Assembly: GCA_014192545.1 (NCBI GenBank)
Contig: BJHL01000001.1
Coordinates: 294,380 to 358,379 of the forward strand
DNA length: 64,000 bases
Reading direction: 5' to 3'
Source of the DNA: Phycisphaerae bacterium
GTDB taxonomy: Bacteria; Planctomycetota; Phycisphaerae; Phycisphaerales; UBA1924
A program made the position numbers and the translations under genes. Shown piece after piece: positions 46,356 through 56,565 of the stretch; the stretch's first letter is position 1, and each line of letters opens with the position of its first letter. The notes beneath the pieces are model-generated. The model made no database searches, was not told the DNA's origin, and was given only the letters and a program-made list of their open reading frames with translations.

Positions 46356-47522
46356 ATGCCCACCACACGCCGCCTTTTCCTGCTCACGCTCGCTCTCACA
46401 TCGCTCTTCGCCAGTGCTTGCGTCAACAACTGCAAGCCGCGTTCACAACAACCACTCTCGCCCCTCCGCGGCACGCTCCTCGCCATCGGCGGCGGGCTTG
46501 AAGATGACAACGCCCCCGTTTACGAACGCTTCGCACAACTCGCCCGACAAGGCGCCGGCCAACGCGCGCCGCGCATCGTCATCGTCACCACCGCCAGCGG
46601 CGATGAACCCGACGCACAGCGCGGCAAGCGCGAGTCCTTTGCCGTCTGGTGCCCCCAAATTCCCGTCGATGTCATAGGCCGCGACACTCCATCCGCCGAC
46701 GCCGTCGCGACAATTGACGCAGCCAGCGCACTCTTCTTCACCGGCGGCGACCAAAAACGCATCACCACCAAGTATCGACCCGCCAACACGGACACGCCCG
46801 AGTGGCTCGCAATGCAACGCCTCCTCGCCCGAGGCGGCGTCATCGCTGGCACCAGCGCAGGCGCCGCGATGATGGGCGACATCATGTTCTTCAGTGGCCG
46901 CAGCGCACCTGCACTCGGCATCATCAAAGAAGGCCAGCGAGGCGTCGCGTTTGACCCTGACAATCCCATCGATGACGAAGATGCCGTCGTCATCGGCCCT
47001 CGCATAGGCCCTGGCATGAAGTTGGTTCCTTGGGCCTTGATCGATTCCCACTTTTTCGAGCGCGACCGCATCGGCCGACTCGTCGCCGCGCTCGAAGATT
47101 CCAGCGCACGCCTGGGCATCGGCGTGGGCGAAGATGCCTGTGTCGAGATCAACCTCGCCACCGGTGAGGTGACCGGCACTAGCGTCGCCGCGTCGTTGCT
47201 CGTGGACCGCGCCTGGCTCACGCGCGAAGGCCTCACTCGTCGGGGCGGCATCGCATACGTCCTCGCTAAAGGCGACAGCGTGCATCTGGCCAGCCGCCTC
47301 ACGACCAAGTTCGCTGCTCCCAAGCCTCGCCCCGCAGGCGAAACCACCAACATCACCATCGCAGAACCTGGTCAAAGCCGTCAACTCGCATCCTGGCGCG
47401 TCTTCGTTCGCGGCAGCGAAGGCCTCCACGCCGTTGATCTGGGCGGATGGAGCGTCGTGACCTGGCCAGACAACGACGGCTGGGTCGGCTTCGACATCGA
47501 AGTTCCTGCCAATCCCCGCTAG
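46356..47522 (+). CDS. Cyanophycinase-like peptidase (S51 family), predicted lipoprotein, with a C-terminal extension of about 100 aa
   Basis: GGG...FTGGDQ, nucleophile GTSAGA, IDSHFFERDRIGRL. Lipobox LFASAC. Confidence 0.7.
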   Translation: MPTTRRLFLLTLALTSLFASACVNNCKPRSQQPLSPLRGTLLAIGGGLEDDNAPVYERFAQLARQGAGQRAPRIVIVTTASGDEPDAQRGKRESFAVWCPQIPVDVIGRDTPSADAVATIDAASALFFTGGDQKRITTKYRPANTDTPEWLAMQRLLARGGVIAGTSAGAAMMGDIMFFSGRSAPALGIIKEGQRGVAFDPDNPIDDEDAVVIGPRIGPGMKLVPWALIDSHFFERDRIGRLVAALEDSSARLGIGVGEDACVEINLATGEVTGTSVAASLLVDRAWLTREGLTRRGGIAYVLAKGDSVHLASRLTTKFAAPKPRPAGETTNITIAEPGQSRQLASWRVFVRGSEGLHAVDLGGWSVVTWPDNDGWVGFDIEVPANPR

Positions 47523-47597
47523 TCGTTTATTCACTACCCTCCTCGACACCTGAAACTCAAGTCCCCCACCGCCTAACAATGCTTCGGAGGTTGCTCA

Positions 47598-48581
47598 ATG
47601 ACGACGATGGAACGCGAAGCTCTCGCTTCAATTTGCTTGCTCGCCGCGATGGTGGACGGAAACCAAACCGAACAGGAGCGGCTCAGACTCCAGCAATCGC
47701 TCAACCAAATCGGCGGCGTTGATCCCGCCGTCTTTCAACGTGTTTTCCTGCGCCAAACCACGCTCGAAGACGAAGCCCGCAAAATCAACGACCCCGCCGT
47801 CAAGCGTTCCTGCTACGAACTTGCAGTAGGCGTCTGCGATTGTGACGGCGTTTCGTCGCCCGCCGAGCGCGAATTCCTCGCCAAACTCGCCAGCCTCATG
47901 GGTGTCGACGCCGCCGCCGCGCGTGAAACTGTCAAGCAAGCCGACGACATGGTCGATCTCACGCTCGACGGCGTGAAAGCCGGCGCTGCAGGTGCAGCCG
48001 TTGGTGCAGGTATCGGCGCCGCCGCGTCCAGTTCATCAGCCGCCGCGCCGCTCGCAGGCCCAGGTGTCGAAAAACAAGTCGATGACACCGTGCTCACCTT
48101 CAGCGCACTCAACGCTGGCCTCGAACTGCTGCCCCAAAGCCTCGCCACCGTTGCCATCATCCCGCTGCAAACCAAGATGGTCTACAAAATCGGCACGCTC
48201 TACGGCTACAAACTCGACAGCGGCCACATCAAAGAATTCATCGCCACCGTGGGCCTTGGCATGAGCGGCCAGTTCGTCGAAAGCTACGCCCGCAAATTCC
48301 TGGGCGGCCTCGCGAGCAAATACCTGGGCAAAACCGCCGGCAAAATCGTCGAGAAAACCACCGGTCCCATGATGACTTTCGCCAGCACGTACGCGCTGGG
48401 CCAAGTCGCCAAGAGCTACTACGCCAGCGGCCGCAAACTCAGCATGACCGATCTGCAATCACAGTTCAGCCGCAAGTTTGAAGAAGCCAAGGGCATCTTC
48501 GCCAGCCAAGAAGGCAACATCCGCGCCCAAGCCAGCAAGCTCGACCCTGCGAAAATCATCAACATGGTTCGCGGCGCATAA
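47598..48581 (+). CDS. TerB-like N-terminal domain protein with a C-terminal domain of unknown function
   Basis: The N-terminus ALASICLLAAMVDGNQTEQERLRL...REFLAKLASLMGV is TerB-like. Gly/Ala-rich linker. GGAGG lies upstream of the ATG. Confidence 0.5.
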   Translation: MTTMEREALASICLLAAMVDGNQTEQERLRLQQSLNQIGGVDPAVFQRVFLRQTTLEDEARKINDPAVKRSCYELAVGVCDCDGVSSPAEREFLAKLASLMGVDAAAARETVKQADDMVDLTLDGVKAGAAGAAVGAGIGAAASSSSAAAPLAGPGVEKQVDDTVLTFSALNAGLELLPQSLATVAIIPLQTKMVYKIGTLYGYKLDSGHIKEFIATVGLGMSGQFVESYARKFLGGLASKYLGKTAGKIVEKTTGPMMTFASTYALGQVAKSYYASGRKLSMTDLQSQFSRKFEEAKGIFASQEGNIRAQASKLDPAKIINMVRGA

Positions 48582-48650
48582 GCCGCCAACTCGCACGACT
48601 CACATGACTCGCAAGCAACCGGAAGCCCTCGCTTCCGGTTTTTTCATGCA

Positions 48651-48875
48651 TCACTTTTCGCCACTCACCGCAACAGGCCTCATCTCCCCATCCAGCGTCG
48701 TAATCATCACGTATTGCGCCTGCCGCGCAGCACCGCGATCTTCCACGGCGTTCAGCGTCGGCATTCGTTCGCCGGTCTTCATCGCCGATGCGCTCGCATG
48801 TTGCGACTGACAACCACCCATCGCGCTCACCGCGATGATCGTTGCGACACCCAGCACCTTGCTCACCGTTCGCAT
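48651..48875 (-). CDS. Small hypothetical lipoprotein (about 74 aa)
   Basis: MRTVSKVLGVATIIAVSAMGGC lipobox. No SD. Divergent from the TpsB gene. Confidence 0.3.
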   Translation of the reverse strand: MRTVSKVLGVATIIAVSAMGGCQSQHASASAMKTGERMPTLNAVEDRGAARQAQYVMITTLDGEMRPVAVSGEK

Positions 48876-49015
48876 GCAATCGACATCGACGCGACGCATC
48901 GCACACTTTGTCGGTTCTAGCCAATATCACCCGCACAACGCCCGAGAATCGTGTATCCTCCGCTCGCGAGCGTAAGGCTCGCCCGGCTCTCAAACTCGCC
49001 CGGCGGAGACCTCGC

Positions 49016-50947
49016 ATGTCCGTTGCACGCTTCACATCACACGCCGCACGCACAACCGCGTCCGTGCTGGCTTTCACGCTGCTGGCTTCATCGCATGCAC
49101 GGGCTCAAACGCAACTCGTCGCAGATCAACCCCAAACGCCCGCAACCACCACCACTCTCCAACCCGGCACCATCGCCCTCGACGGCGAACGCCGCCACGT
49201 CACCAAGCTCGATCTTTTTTACCTCCGCGAAGTCGCAGGCGCGCCCCCACTTGCCGACATCCTCGCAGGCACAGTCGAACTCGCCGAAGTCAACGGCGCA
49301 TGGACGCCGCCATACGAAGGCCTGCCCACGCAGCAAGTCGCGCTGCGCGACATCGGCACCATCGGCCCGCAATACCTCCACGATTCCACGCTCTCCATCA
49401 TCTCACGAGCCGTCGCCGACCGCATTAAGCAACTCGGCATCATCGGCGTGTATGCCGAACCCGACACCACGCAGTTTCGCCTAAGCGAAACCGGCATCAT
49501 CGACGCGCGCGCCGCAACCGACACATCTCTGCGCATCGGCATCGCACTGGGCTTTGTGCAAAACATCCGCACCATTGCGCAAGGTGAACGCATCGACCCG
49601 CAATCTGCCGAAAATAACCCGATTCACGCGTGGATTCACACACATTCTCCGCTCAGCACAACTCACCCCCACGCCATCGATCGCATCGCCCTCGACGACT
49701 ACCTCTTCCGCATCAATCGCCATCCATCGCGTCAAGTTGACGCCGCCGCCGCACCAACCGGCGATGACTCCGGCGCAACCAACATCGATTTTCTCGTCGC
49801 CGAAGCTCGTCCTTGGACCGCCTTCGTACAAGCCACTCGCGATGGTCGCCGCGACGATGACGAGTGGCGTTACCTCTTCGGCTTCACGCACAACCAGCTC
49901 ACCAATCACGACGACATCCTCGCCTTCACCTATCGCACCAGCCTCGACAACGTCAACACGCTGCAAGCCAGCTACGACCGCCCGATCGACGACGCTCGTC
50001 GCTTACGTGCAAAAGTTCAAGGCAGCTACTACGCCTACACCAGCGCCGATGTCGGTCAATCCGGCGCAACCTTCGAAGGCGACGGCTGGAACACCAGCGC
50101 CGAACTCACCTTCAACTTCTACCAAAACGCCGATCTCTTCATCGACGCAATCGCCGGCGCACGCGTCGACAAGATTCGCGTCGACAACCAATTTGCCGAT
50201 GTTTCCGCCGATGAAACTATCACCGTCGCGTATATCGGCGCTCGCCTCGAGCAATATCGCGCAGCGTCCGCAACAAGCGCAAGCATCATGCTCGAATTCT
50301 CCATCGACGGTCTCGACGGCGAAAGCGTCGACACGCTGGGCCGCTTCAATGCCGACGAAAACTGGGCAACCATCAAACTCGACGCGTCACACAGCTTCTC
50401 GCTCGATTCACTCTTTGATCGCAGCATCTCGCAGTTCACTTTGCCAACTCACGAGCTCGCCCTCACCTCCAAAGCCCAGCTCAGCCTCGGCAGCCGACTC
50501 GCGCCAAACTATCAAGACGTGATCGGCGGTCTCTACACCGTGCGCGGCTACCCCGAGTCCATCGTCGCCGGCGACAACAGCTTCGCGGCCAGCATCGAGT
50601 ATCGCCTCCACCTCCCGCGCTCTTTCACGGCACGCGAAGAACCCGGCTCACTCTTCGGCAATCCCTTCCGCTGGCGACCGCAGTACCCCGCTGGCCCCAT
50701 CGATTGGGACCTGATTTTCCGCAGTTTTCTCGATGTTGGCTACGCCTCACAAGTTGATCGCGAAAGCTTCGAACGCGACAACACCCTCATCGGCGCAGGC
50801 GTCGGCCTCGAATTCGTCCTCGTGCGTCATGCCGTCATGCGCCTCGACTATGGCTGGGCTCTGAGCGAAGTCGAAGACGGCGCAGGCAACGCCATCGTCG
50901 ATGTTGGCGACAACCAATGGCACTTTGTCGCAACCTTCATCTTCTAA
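49016..50947 (+). CDS. TpsB (ShlB/FhaC/HecB-family) two-partner-secretion outer-membrane transporter
   Basis: Signal peptide, POTRA region, and a beta-barrel with the family motif GGLYTVRGY and the C-terminal WHFVATFIF. GGCGGAG lies upstream of the ATG at 49016. Confidence 0.7.
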   Translation: MSVARFTSHAARTTASVLAFTLLASSHARAQTQLVADQPQTPATTTTLQPGTIALDGERRHVTKLDLFYLREVAGAPPLADILAGTVELAEVNGAWTPPYEGLPTQQVALRDIGTIGPQYLHDSTLSIISRAVADRIKQLGIIGVYAEPDTTQFRLSETGIIDARAATDTSLRIGIALGFVQNIRTIAQGERIDPQSAENNPIHAWIHTHSPLSTTHPHAIDRIALDDYLFRINRHPSRQVDAAAAPTGDDSGATNIDFLVAEARPWTAFVQATRDGRRDDDEWRYLFGFTHNQLTNHDDILAFTYRTSLDNVNTLQASYDRPIDDARRLRAKVQGSYYAYTSADVGQSGATFEGDGWNTSAELTFNFYQNADLFIDAIAGARVDKIRVDNQFADVSADETITVAYIGARLEQYRAASATSASIMLEFSIDGLDGESVDTLGRFNADENWATIKLDASHSFSLDSLFDRSISQFTLPTHELALTSKAQLSLGSRLAPNYQDVIGGLYTVRGYPESIVAGDNSFAASIEYRLHLPRSFTAREEPGSLFGNPFRWRPQYPAGPIDWDLIFRSFLDVGYASQVDRESFERDNTLIGAGVGLEFVLVRHAVMRLDYGWALSEVEDGAGNAIVDVGDNQWHFVATFIF

Positions 50948-50980
50948 CTCAACCCGCAACTTCACCCAATACCATCACGC

Positions 50981-52039
50981 GTGATCGACCCGCTCGCCCG
51001 CTACCACCGTCAAATGCTCCTGCCAGGCATAGGCCGCGAAGGCCAGCAAGCTATCAACGCTGCTCACGTTGCAATCGTCGGCGTGGGCGCACTAGGCTGC
51101 GCACTCGCCGACATGCTCGCCCGCGCAGGTGTGGGCACCATCACCCTCATTGATCGCGACATCGTCGAACTCACCAATCTTCAGCGCCAAACGCTCTTCA
51201 CTGAAGCCGACGCACTCGCTGGCACGCCCAAAGCCGAAGCCGCCGCCGCTCGCATCACCGCAATCAACTCAACCATCCACGTTCGAGTCCACGCCGCCGA
51301 TCTCACCGCTCGTAACGCAAGCGATTTGCTCGCGCTCAGCTCGCAGCCTCCCGCCGTCATCCTCGACGGCACCGACAACTTCGAAACCCGCTACCTCCTC
51401 AACGACATCAGCGTGAAGCGGCTCATTCCCTACGCCTACGCCGGCGCCGTCGGCACTCGTGGCATGCAAGCAACATTCGTTCCCGACGCCGCTCGCACGT
51501 CCCCGTGCCTCCGCTGCGTTTTTCCAGATATCCCCGCACCCGCAAGCGTGCCCACGTGCGACACCGCAGGCGTGCTGGGCCCAACCATCAATATCGCCGC
51601 CGGCGCGCAAGCCGCCGATGCACTCAAGATCATCACGAGCAACACCCACCTTCTCAGCGGCACCCTCCTCGAGTTCGACGTCTGGAACAACATCCGCCGC
51701 CGCATCGATCTTCGTGCAATGGGCGCCACACCAAACTGCCCGTGCTGCCAGCAGCGTCACTTCACGTTTCTCGACGCAACCAACACTGACCACCTCGCAA
51801 CCCTCTGCGGCCAGCGCGCCATCCAAGTGCCAGGCCGAGGCCCAGTCTCATTTGATGACCTCGCAACACGCCTTGCTCCATCCGGCAAAATCGAACGCTC
51901 ACGCTTCATGCTTCGCTTCTTTCCGCACGAACGCGCAGGCGTCTGGCTCAGCATTTTCAGCGACGGCCGCACAATCATCCAAGGCGTCGACCGCATCGAA
52001 GAAGCCCGCTCACTGCACGCGCGTTACGTCGGTGCGTGA
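50981..52039 (+). CDS. ThiF/MoeB/HesA-family E1-like adenylyltransferase with a C-terminal extension of about 100 aa
   Basis: Rossmann motif VAIVGVGALGCALADMLARAGVG, and the zinc pairs CLRC...CPCC. GTG start. Confidence 0.7.
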   Translation: MIDPLARYHRQMLLPGIGREGQQAINAAHVAIVGVGALGCALADMLARAGVGTITLIDRDIVELTNLQRQTLFTEADALAGTPKAEAAAARITAINSTIHVRVHAADLTARNASDLLALSSQPPAVILDGTDNFETRYLLNDISVKRLIPYAYAGAVGTRGMQATFVPDAARTSPCLRCVFPDIPAPASVPTCDTAGVLGPTINIAAGAQAADALKIITSNTHLLSGTLLEFDVWNNIRRRIDLRAMGATPNCPCCQQRHFTFLDATNTDHLATLCGQRAIQVPGRGPVSFDDLATRLAPSGKIERSRFMLRFFPHERAGVWLSIFSDGRTIIQGVDRIEEARSLHARYVGA

Positions 52040-52080
52040 AGTAGAACGCAGCAGATCGACTGCGAAATCACCCGCAGCAC

Positions 52081-53070
52081 TCAGCACCCAACCTCCTGCA
52101 CCACCCAGTCATTTCCTTCGGGCTTCTCGACGTTCATCACGCCCGCATCAATCTCCACGTTCGTTTCGAGTTTGTACAACTCCACAAACGTCGTATCGCC
52201 CGCCTTGTTCTTCGTCCACGCCAGCCTGGGCAGCCACTCGCCAGCCTTATTGGTCTTGTACCACAGCCGCACTTCCACTATGTCCCCCTGCATCTGCGCA
52301 TCAGGCCTTGGCAGCAGCCGCAACTGCTTGCATGCCGCGACCGACTTCTCGACCTGCTCTTGCTCACCCTCGACATGCCACACCAAATCGCGCGTGGGCT
52401 CCCACAACTCAACTTCAAATCGCTGCAAAATATCCGCCTTCTTCTGCCCAATAGGCAGCGGCACAGGCCCCTCGCCAATACGCAGCGGGTCGCGCGTATC
52501 ACCCTCCTTGATCACACAACGCTTGCTGAAAAACTTCTGCTTGTCATTGCGTTCAATCAAATCACGACCCGTAAAAACAAACGTCTGATCTTCTTTCGTC
52601 ACCACGCCGTCGTTGTCCAGCTCATCAAACTTCACCGCAAATCGCCGAACCGGCATCACCGTCTCTTCAGGCAGCGCAGGCCGATTCTCGTAATAGACCA
52701 TCCCTGTGCGCCGTTGCAAATCCCCCTGTAGTTCCTTCAACGTGCCAATGCGAATGCCCGCCCGCAGCGTGACGAGTTCCTTGTTCGCACTCTCCAGCAC
52801 ATCCAGCAAATCTTCCGCCGTCACAATCGCCGCAGCATCTACCGGCGCCGCTTTCACCACCGTCACAGCAGTCGCCACAGGTTCCGCCGGAATGACCTGC
52901 GTCGCTGGCTGTTGTTCACTATCGAGCAATGCCGCCGGCTCAATCAACTGCGCCACGTCGACATCACAAGCGGGTTCGTCCCAGCCCTGCGCCACTGGCG
53001 CTGCATCCAGTGCGTTCGCCGTTGTTGCCCAAGTCCCCGCCAAAGCCGCGATAGTGAGAATGATGCTCAT
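52081..53070 (-). CDS. Secreted hypothetical protein (possibly of the LolA-like/lipoprotein-sorting-like family)
   Basis: Signal peptide MSIILTIAALAGTWATTANA. No catalytic motifs. Confidence 0.45.
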   Translation of the reverse strand: MSIILTIAALAGTWATTANALDAAPVAQGWDEPACDVDVAQLIEPAALLDSEQQPATQVIPAEPVATAVTVVKAAPVDAAAIVTAEDLLDVLESANKELVTLRAGIRIGTLKELQGDLQRRTGMVYYENRPALPEETVMPVRRFAVKFDELDNDGVVTKEDQTFVFTGRDLIERNDKQKFFSKRCVIKEGDTRDPLRIGEGPVPLPIGQKKADILQRFEVELWEPTRDLVWHVEGEQEQVEKSVAACKQLRLLPRPDAQMQGDIVEVRLWYKTNKAGEWLPRLAWTKNKAGDTTFVELYKLETNVEIDAGVMNVEKPEGNDWVVQEVGC

Positions 53071-53153
53071 AGTGTGTGCACGCCGTGTTCTAACCTCGCC
53101 AACCTCGCCGACCTTGCCATCCTGACGTCGATCGACATCCCGCGCACAGCAGG

Positions 53154-53681
53154 TTAGACGCCGCGATCCTCATCTTGTTCGCCCGCATCCGCATCGGTCG
53201 CATGCCCACGCGAACCTTCCCCAAACGTCTGCAAAAAGTCCTGCAAAATCGCCGCCGCCGCCAGCGCATCCCGCCGCGCCTTCTTCTGCCCATGCGTAAG
53301 CCCCGAGCGCGCCATCTTCCAATCCGCCTCCACGCTACTCAGCCGCTCATCATGAAAATGCACCACCCGCCCCGTCGCCTTCGCCACGCGCTCCGCAAAC
53401 ACCCGCACCGACTTCGCCCTGGGCCCTTCCGTCCCATCCATATTGAATGGCATCCCCACCACCAATTCCCCCGCCGTCCTCGCATCACCAAAGTAACTCG
53501 TCACCTCGCGCACAATCGCCGCGATAAGCCCCTCGCCCCCGCGCTCCGCAATCGGCACTTCCAACACCTTCAACGGCGAAGCCAACCGCGAAAACGCATC
53601 CCCCGCCGCCAACCCGGTTCGCTTATCACCAAGATCAATACACAAGTATCGCACCGCAGATGGTAGTTGCACAAGTCCCAT
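53154..53681 (-). CDS. ruvX: Holliday-junction resolvase-like / pre-16S rRNA nuclease YqgF
   Basis: LCIDLGDKRTGLAAGD...GLPF(N)MDG...LTHGQKKARRDALAAAAIL is the RuvX/YqgF pattern. Confidence 0.75.
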   Translation of the reverse strand: MGLVQLPSAVRYLCIDLGDKRTGLAAGDAFSRLASPLKVLEVPIAERGGEGLIAAIVREVTSYFGDARTAGELVVGMPFNMDGTEGPRAKSVRVFAERVAKATGRVVHFHDERLSSVEADWKMARSGLTHGQKKARRDALAAAAILQDFLQTFGEGSRGHATDADAGEQDEDRGV

Positions 53682-53729
53682 CCCCTCCGCGTCTCTCCGC
53701 TCTCCCTCCGCCCCTCCGCGACCGCTCAC

Positions 53730-54884
53730 TCAACTCGCAAAAACCTGCCCAGGCGAAACTCCCACAACACGCCGCACCGAAATCAAACTCGCCAGCATAA
53801 TCGTGATGATCGTCGCGACAAAACTTCCCACATACAGCCACCACGGAAACTCCGCCTGCAGTTCGCTCTCCGCTTTGTTGAGCACCATCGCAAACATACC
53901 CGCCACACCGCCGCCAATGCCAAAGCCAATCACGCCCACGACAATCGCCTGAATCAAGATCATCCCCGTCAGCGTGGGCGTGCGCGCTCCCATCGCTTTG
54001 AGCACCGCAAAGTACCGCAAGTTCTCCACCGTAAACTGATAAAAAATACTCGCGCTCAGCAGCAGCCCCACCACCAGCCCCAGCACAATCGTCACCGCGA
54101 AGTTGATGCCAATCCCTGTCGCCACCACAATAAACGCCTTGGTCTTGAGCCGAAACTCATCGCTCGTAAACGCATCCACATCGCCCAGCGCCTTGATCGC
54201 TTCCTTCACCGTCTGCACCGGTATCCCATCTTTCACCTTCACCAGCACATAGCTAATCCGCTCGCGACCCGTGGGCGTAAACCGCGTCGCATTGTCAAAC
54301 GTCGTGTAGATAACCGCGTTGCCCTCAAATCCCAGCTTCGCTTTGCACACCCCCACAATCACCGCGCGCCGATCATTGATCTTCAGTACATCACCCACCT
54401 TCGCCCCGCCCAGCCGCTCCAAACTTTTTCGCTCCACCACAATCGCATCCGGAATCCACAAGTCCTCGATGCGTCCCTCAATCATCTCAGGCGGCCCGCC
54501 CGCCAGCGTGCTGCGCGAAATGCCAATGATCTGCACGCGCTTGAAAGTCCCCGACGCCAGCTCACACACCGCAATTCCGTTGAAAAACGGCTCGGCCCAC
54601 GCCACCCCCGCCACACTGCGCACCCGCGCCAACTTCTGATCAGGCAGCGCGCGAAACTCCGCAATCCAAGGCGTATCCGGATCCGTCACCCACAAGTCAT
54701 TCTGCGTCACATTCTGCAATGGCCCCGTCGCCAATCGCAGCAGCCCCAGAAAAATCGCCCCCTGCTGATTCATCAATAACGCGGCGAACGCCAACCCCAG
54801 CACCAAAGTGACATACTTGGTGCGGTCGCCAAACAACATGCGAAGGGCAATGCGAAACATATGCTCAAGCGCGAAATCGACCAT
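53730..54884 (-). CDS. ABC-transporter permease, FtsX/MacB/LolE family
   Basis: N-terminal TM, a large periplasmic domain, and the C-terminal four-TM FtsX bundle. Start overlaps the mutY stop (TGATG). Confidence 0.75.
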   Translation of the reverse strand: MVDFALEHMFRIALRMLFGDRTKYVTLVLGLAFAALLMNQQGAIFLGLLRLATGPLQNVTQNDLWVTDPDTPWIAEFRALPDQKLARVRSVAGVAWAEPFFNGIAVCELASGTFKRVQIIGISRSTLAGGPPEMIEGRIEDLWIPDAIVVERKSLERLGGAKVGDVLKINDRRAVIVGVCKAKLGFEGNAVIYTTFDNATRFTPTGRERISYVLVKVKDGIPVQTVKEAIKALGDVDAFTSDEFRLKTKAFIVVATGIGINFAVTIVLGLVVGLLLSASIFYQFTVENLRYFAVLKAMGARTPTLTGMILIQAIVVGVIGFGIGGGVAGMFAMVLNKAESELQAEFPWWLYVGSFVATIITIMLASLISVRRVVGVSPGQVFAS

Positions 54885-56137
54885 CAATCATCGCGCTGCT
54901 TCACTCCATTCTTTCGCTTTGTCTGAATCACCTTCGCGCGCTTCACGCCATCTGCTTTCACTCGCTGACTCTCTTGCCCAGCCGCATCACCACTGGTCTG
55001 CTGCGTCCCATCCAGCAAAATCCGCCGCATCGGGCTCGACATGCCAAGCTCCGCAATCGTTTCTTTCGCAAGAAAGGTATGAGTCGCCGATTCCGCAATC
55101 ATCTTCTCTGCCGCTATCTCTCCCCGATACACCCGAAACGTCACATCGCGATGCGTCGTCTGAAATACAAAGTCCTCATCTTGCCTCAGCCGCAATGTAC
55201 CCAGCCGCACCTTCCCCAACACACCAACCCGCCCCCGCAACTCAACCTCGCTCGCCGGCTTGGCTCCTTCAATCGTCGGCGCCTGCCACAATCCCGCCCA
55301 CAAACCTGTCCCCGCCCGCCGCTCCACCAGCGTCCGCCCATCCGCCGTCGAAAGCACCAGCACCGTGTGCACCACCGGTTTGCGCGCTGCCTGCTTCTTC
55401 GCCCGCGGAATCTCGCGCTGCTTCCCCATCGCCCTCGCCTTGCACACATCTCGCAGCGGACACACCAAGCACGCCGGGTTGTCACTCGTGCACACCAGCG
55501 CACCCAGTTCCATCAACCCTTCGTTCACTTCCGCCACCACGCCCTGCTTGTGCGCCGCAACCGCCAACACCTCCGCCTGCTCCCACACCCAAGCCAACCC
55601 CGCTTTGTCATCCCCCGCCACATCCACCCCGCCCACGCGCAAGATCACACGCGAAACATTCGTGTCCACCAAAGGCGCAGCCTTCCCAAACGCAATCGAA
55701 GCAATCGCCCCCGCCGTATACCGCCCCAGCCCAGGCAGCGCCATCAGCGCATCCAGATCACTGGGCACCTGCCCACCATGCCGCTCCACAATCACCTTCG
55801 CCGCCGCATGCAGCAGCCTTGCCCGCCGGTAGTACCCCAGCCCCGTCCACGCACTCAGCACCTCATCTTCACTCGCCACCGCCAACGCCGCCGCCGTCGG
55901 AAATCGCTCCATGAACTGCCCAAATTTCTCCAGCACACGCGAAACCTGCGTCTGCTGCAACATCAACTCGCTCACCAAACTGAAATACGGATTCCGCATC
56001 CCCGTCGCTGGATCAACCACCCGCCAAGGCAAATCACGCCGCACCTGCCCAAACCACTTCGTGATCGCCCCAACAAGAACACGAGGGCGCAAGCCCTCGA
56101 ACGTTTCACGCTTCGCAGTTTTCTCAGAACGACCCAT
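54884..56137 (-). CDS. mutY: A/G-specific adenine DNA glycosylase with a C-terminal MutT-like domain
   Basis: HhH-GPD motif LPGLGRYTAGAIASIAFG, [4Fe-4S] ligands CTSDNPACLVCPLRDVC, and a Nudix-like C-domain. Confidence 0.85.
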   Translation of the reverse strand: MGRSEKTAKRETFEGLRPRVLVGAITKWFGQVRRDLPWRVVDPATGMRNPYFSLVSELMLQQTQVSRVLEKFGQFMERFPTAAALAVASEDEVLSAWTGLGYYRRARLLHAAAKVIVERHGGQVPSDLDALMALPGLGRYTAGAIASIAFGKAAPLVDTNVSRVILRVGGVDVAGDDKAGLAWVWEQAEVLAVAAHKQGVVAEVNEGLMELGALVCTSDNPACLVCPLRDVCKARAMGKQREIPRAKKQAARKPVVHTVLVLSTADGRTLVERRAGTGLWAGLWQAPTIEGAKPASEVELRGRVGVLGKVRLGTLRLRQDEDFVFQTTHRDVTFRVYRGEIAAEKMIAESATHTFLAKETIAELGMSSPMRRILLDGTQQTSGDAAGQESQRVKADGVKRAKVIQTKRKNGVKQRDD

Positions 56138-56166
56138 GAATAAACACTTCAATCACCACCACCAAC

Positions 56167-56442
56167 TCACGCCAACGCCGCTTCAATCGCAGGTTTCAGT
56201 GTTTTCCACGTCGCAGATTCAGCTTTGCCAACGGTTATCCAAGGTCCCGCAATCAGCACATTGCGCACCCCCGCAATCGCAAACAGCTTCACTGCCAGTG
56301 CATCATCCCCCGCCGCCCCCGCCTCGCGATAGCTGCGAACCTTCTCCGCGCTGGCACCACCCAACCCCGCCACCGGCACATCCAGCACGCACTTGAGTGC
56401 ATGCGGATTCGGAGTCGTCACATACTCAACAACACGCGGCAT
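56167..56442 (-). CDS. Nfu/NifU N-terminal-domain-like small protein
   Basis: VEYVTTPNPHALKCVLDVPV ... LFAIAGVRNVLIAGPWITVGKAESATWKTLKPAI matches the Nfu_N pattern. The longer ORF to 57003 was rejected because it overlaps cdaA antisense. Confidence 0.45.
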   Translation of the reverse strand: MPRVVEYVTTPNPHALKCVLDVPVAGLGGASAEKVRSYREAGAAGDDALAVKLFAIAGVRNVLIAGPWITVGKAESATWKTLKPAIEAALA

Positions 56443-56565
56443 CCCCAACGATACCCATTCCGCCCCACTCTTTTCCAGATTCCGCGAACTTGCACCCACC
56501 AAACATACGAAGTTACGATTGAAGGAGTTACAATCCACCAATCTCCGCCGTGAAAGGACTCCTCG

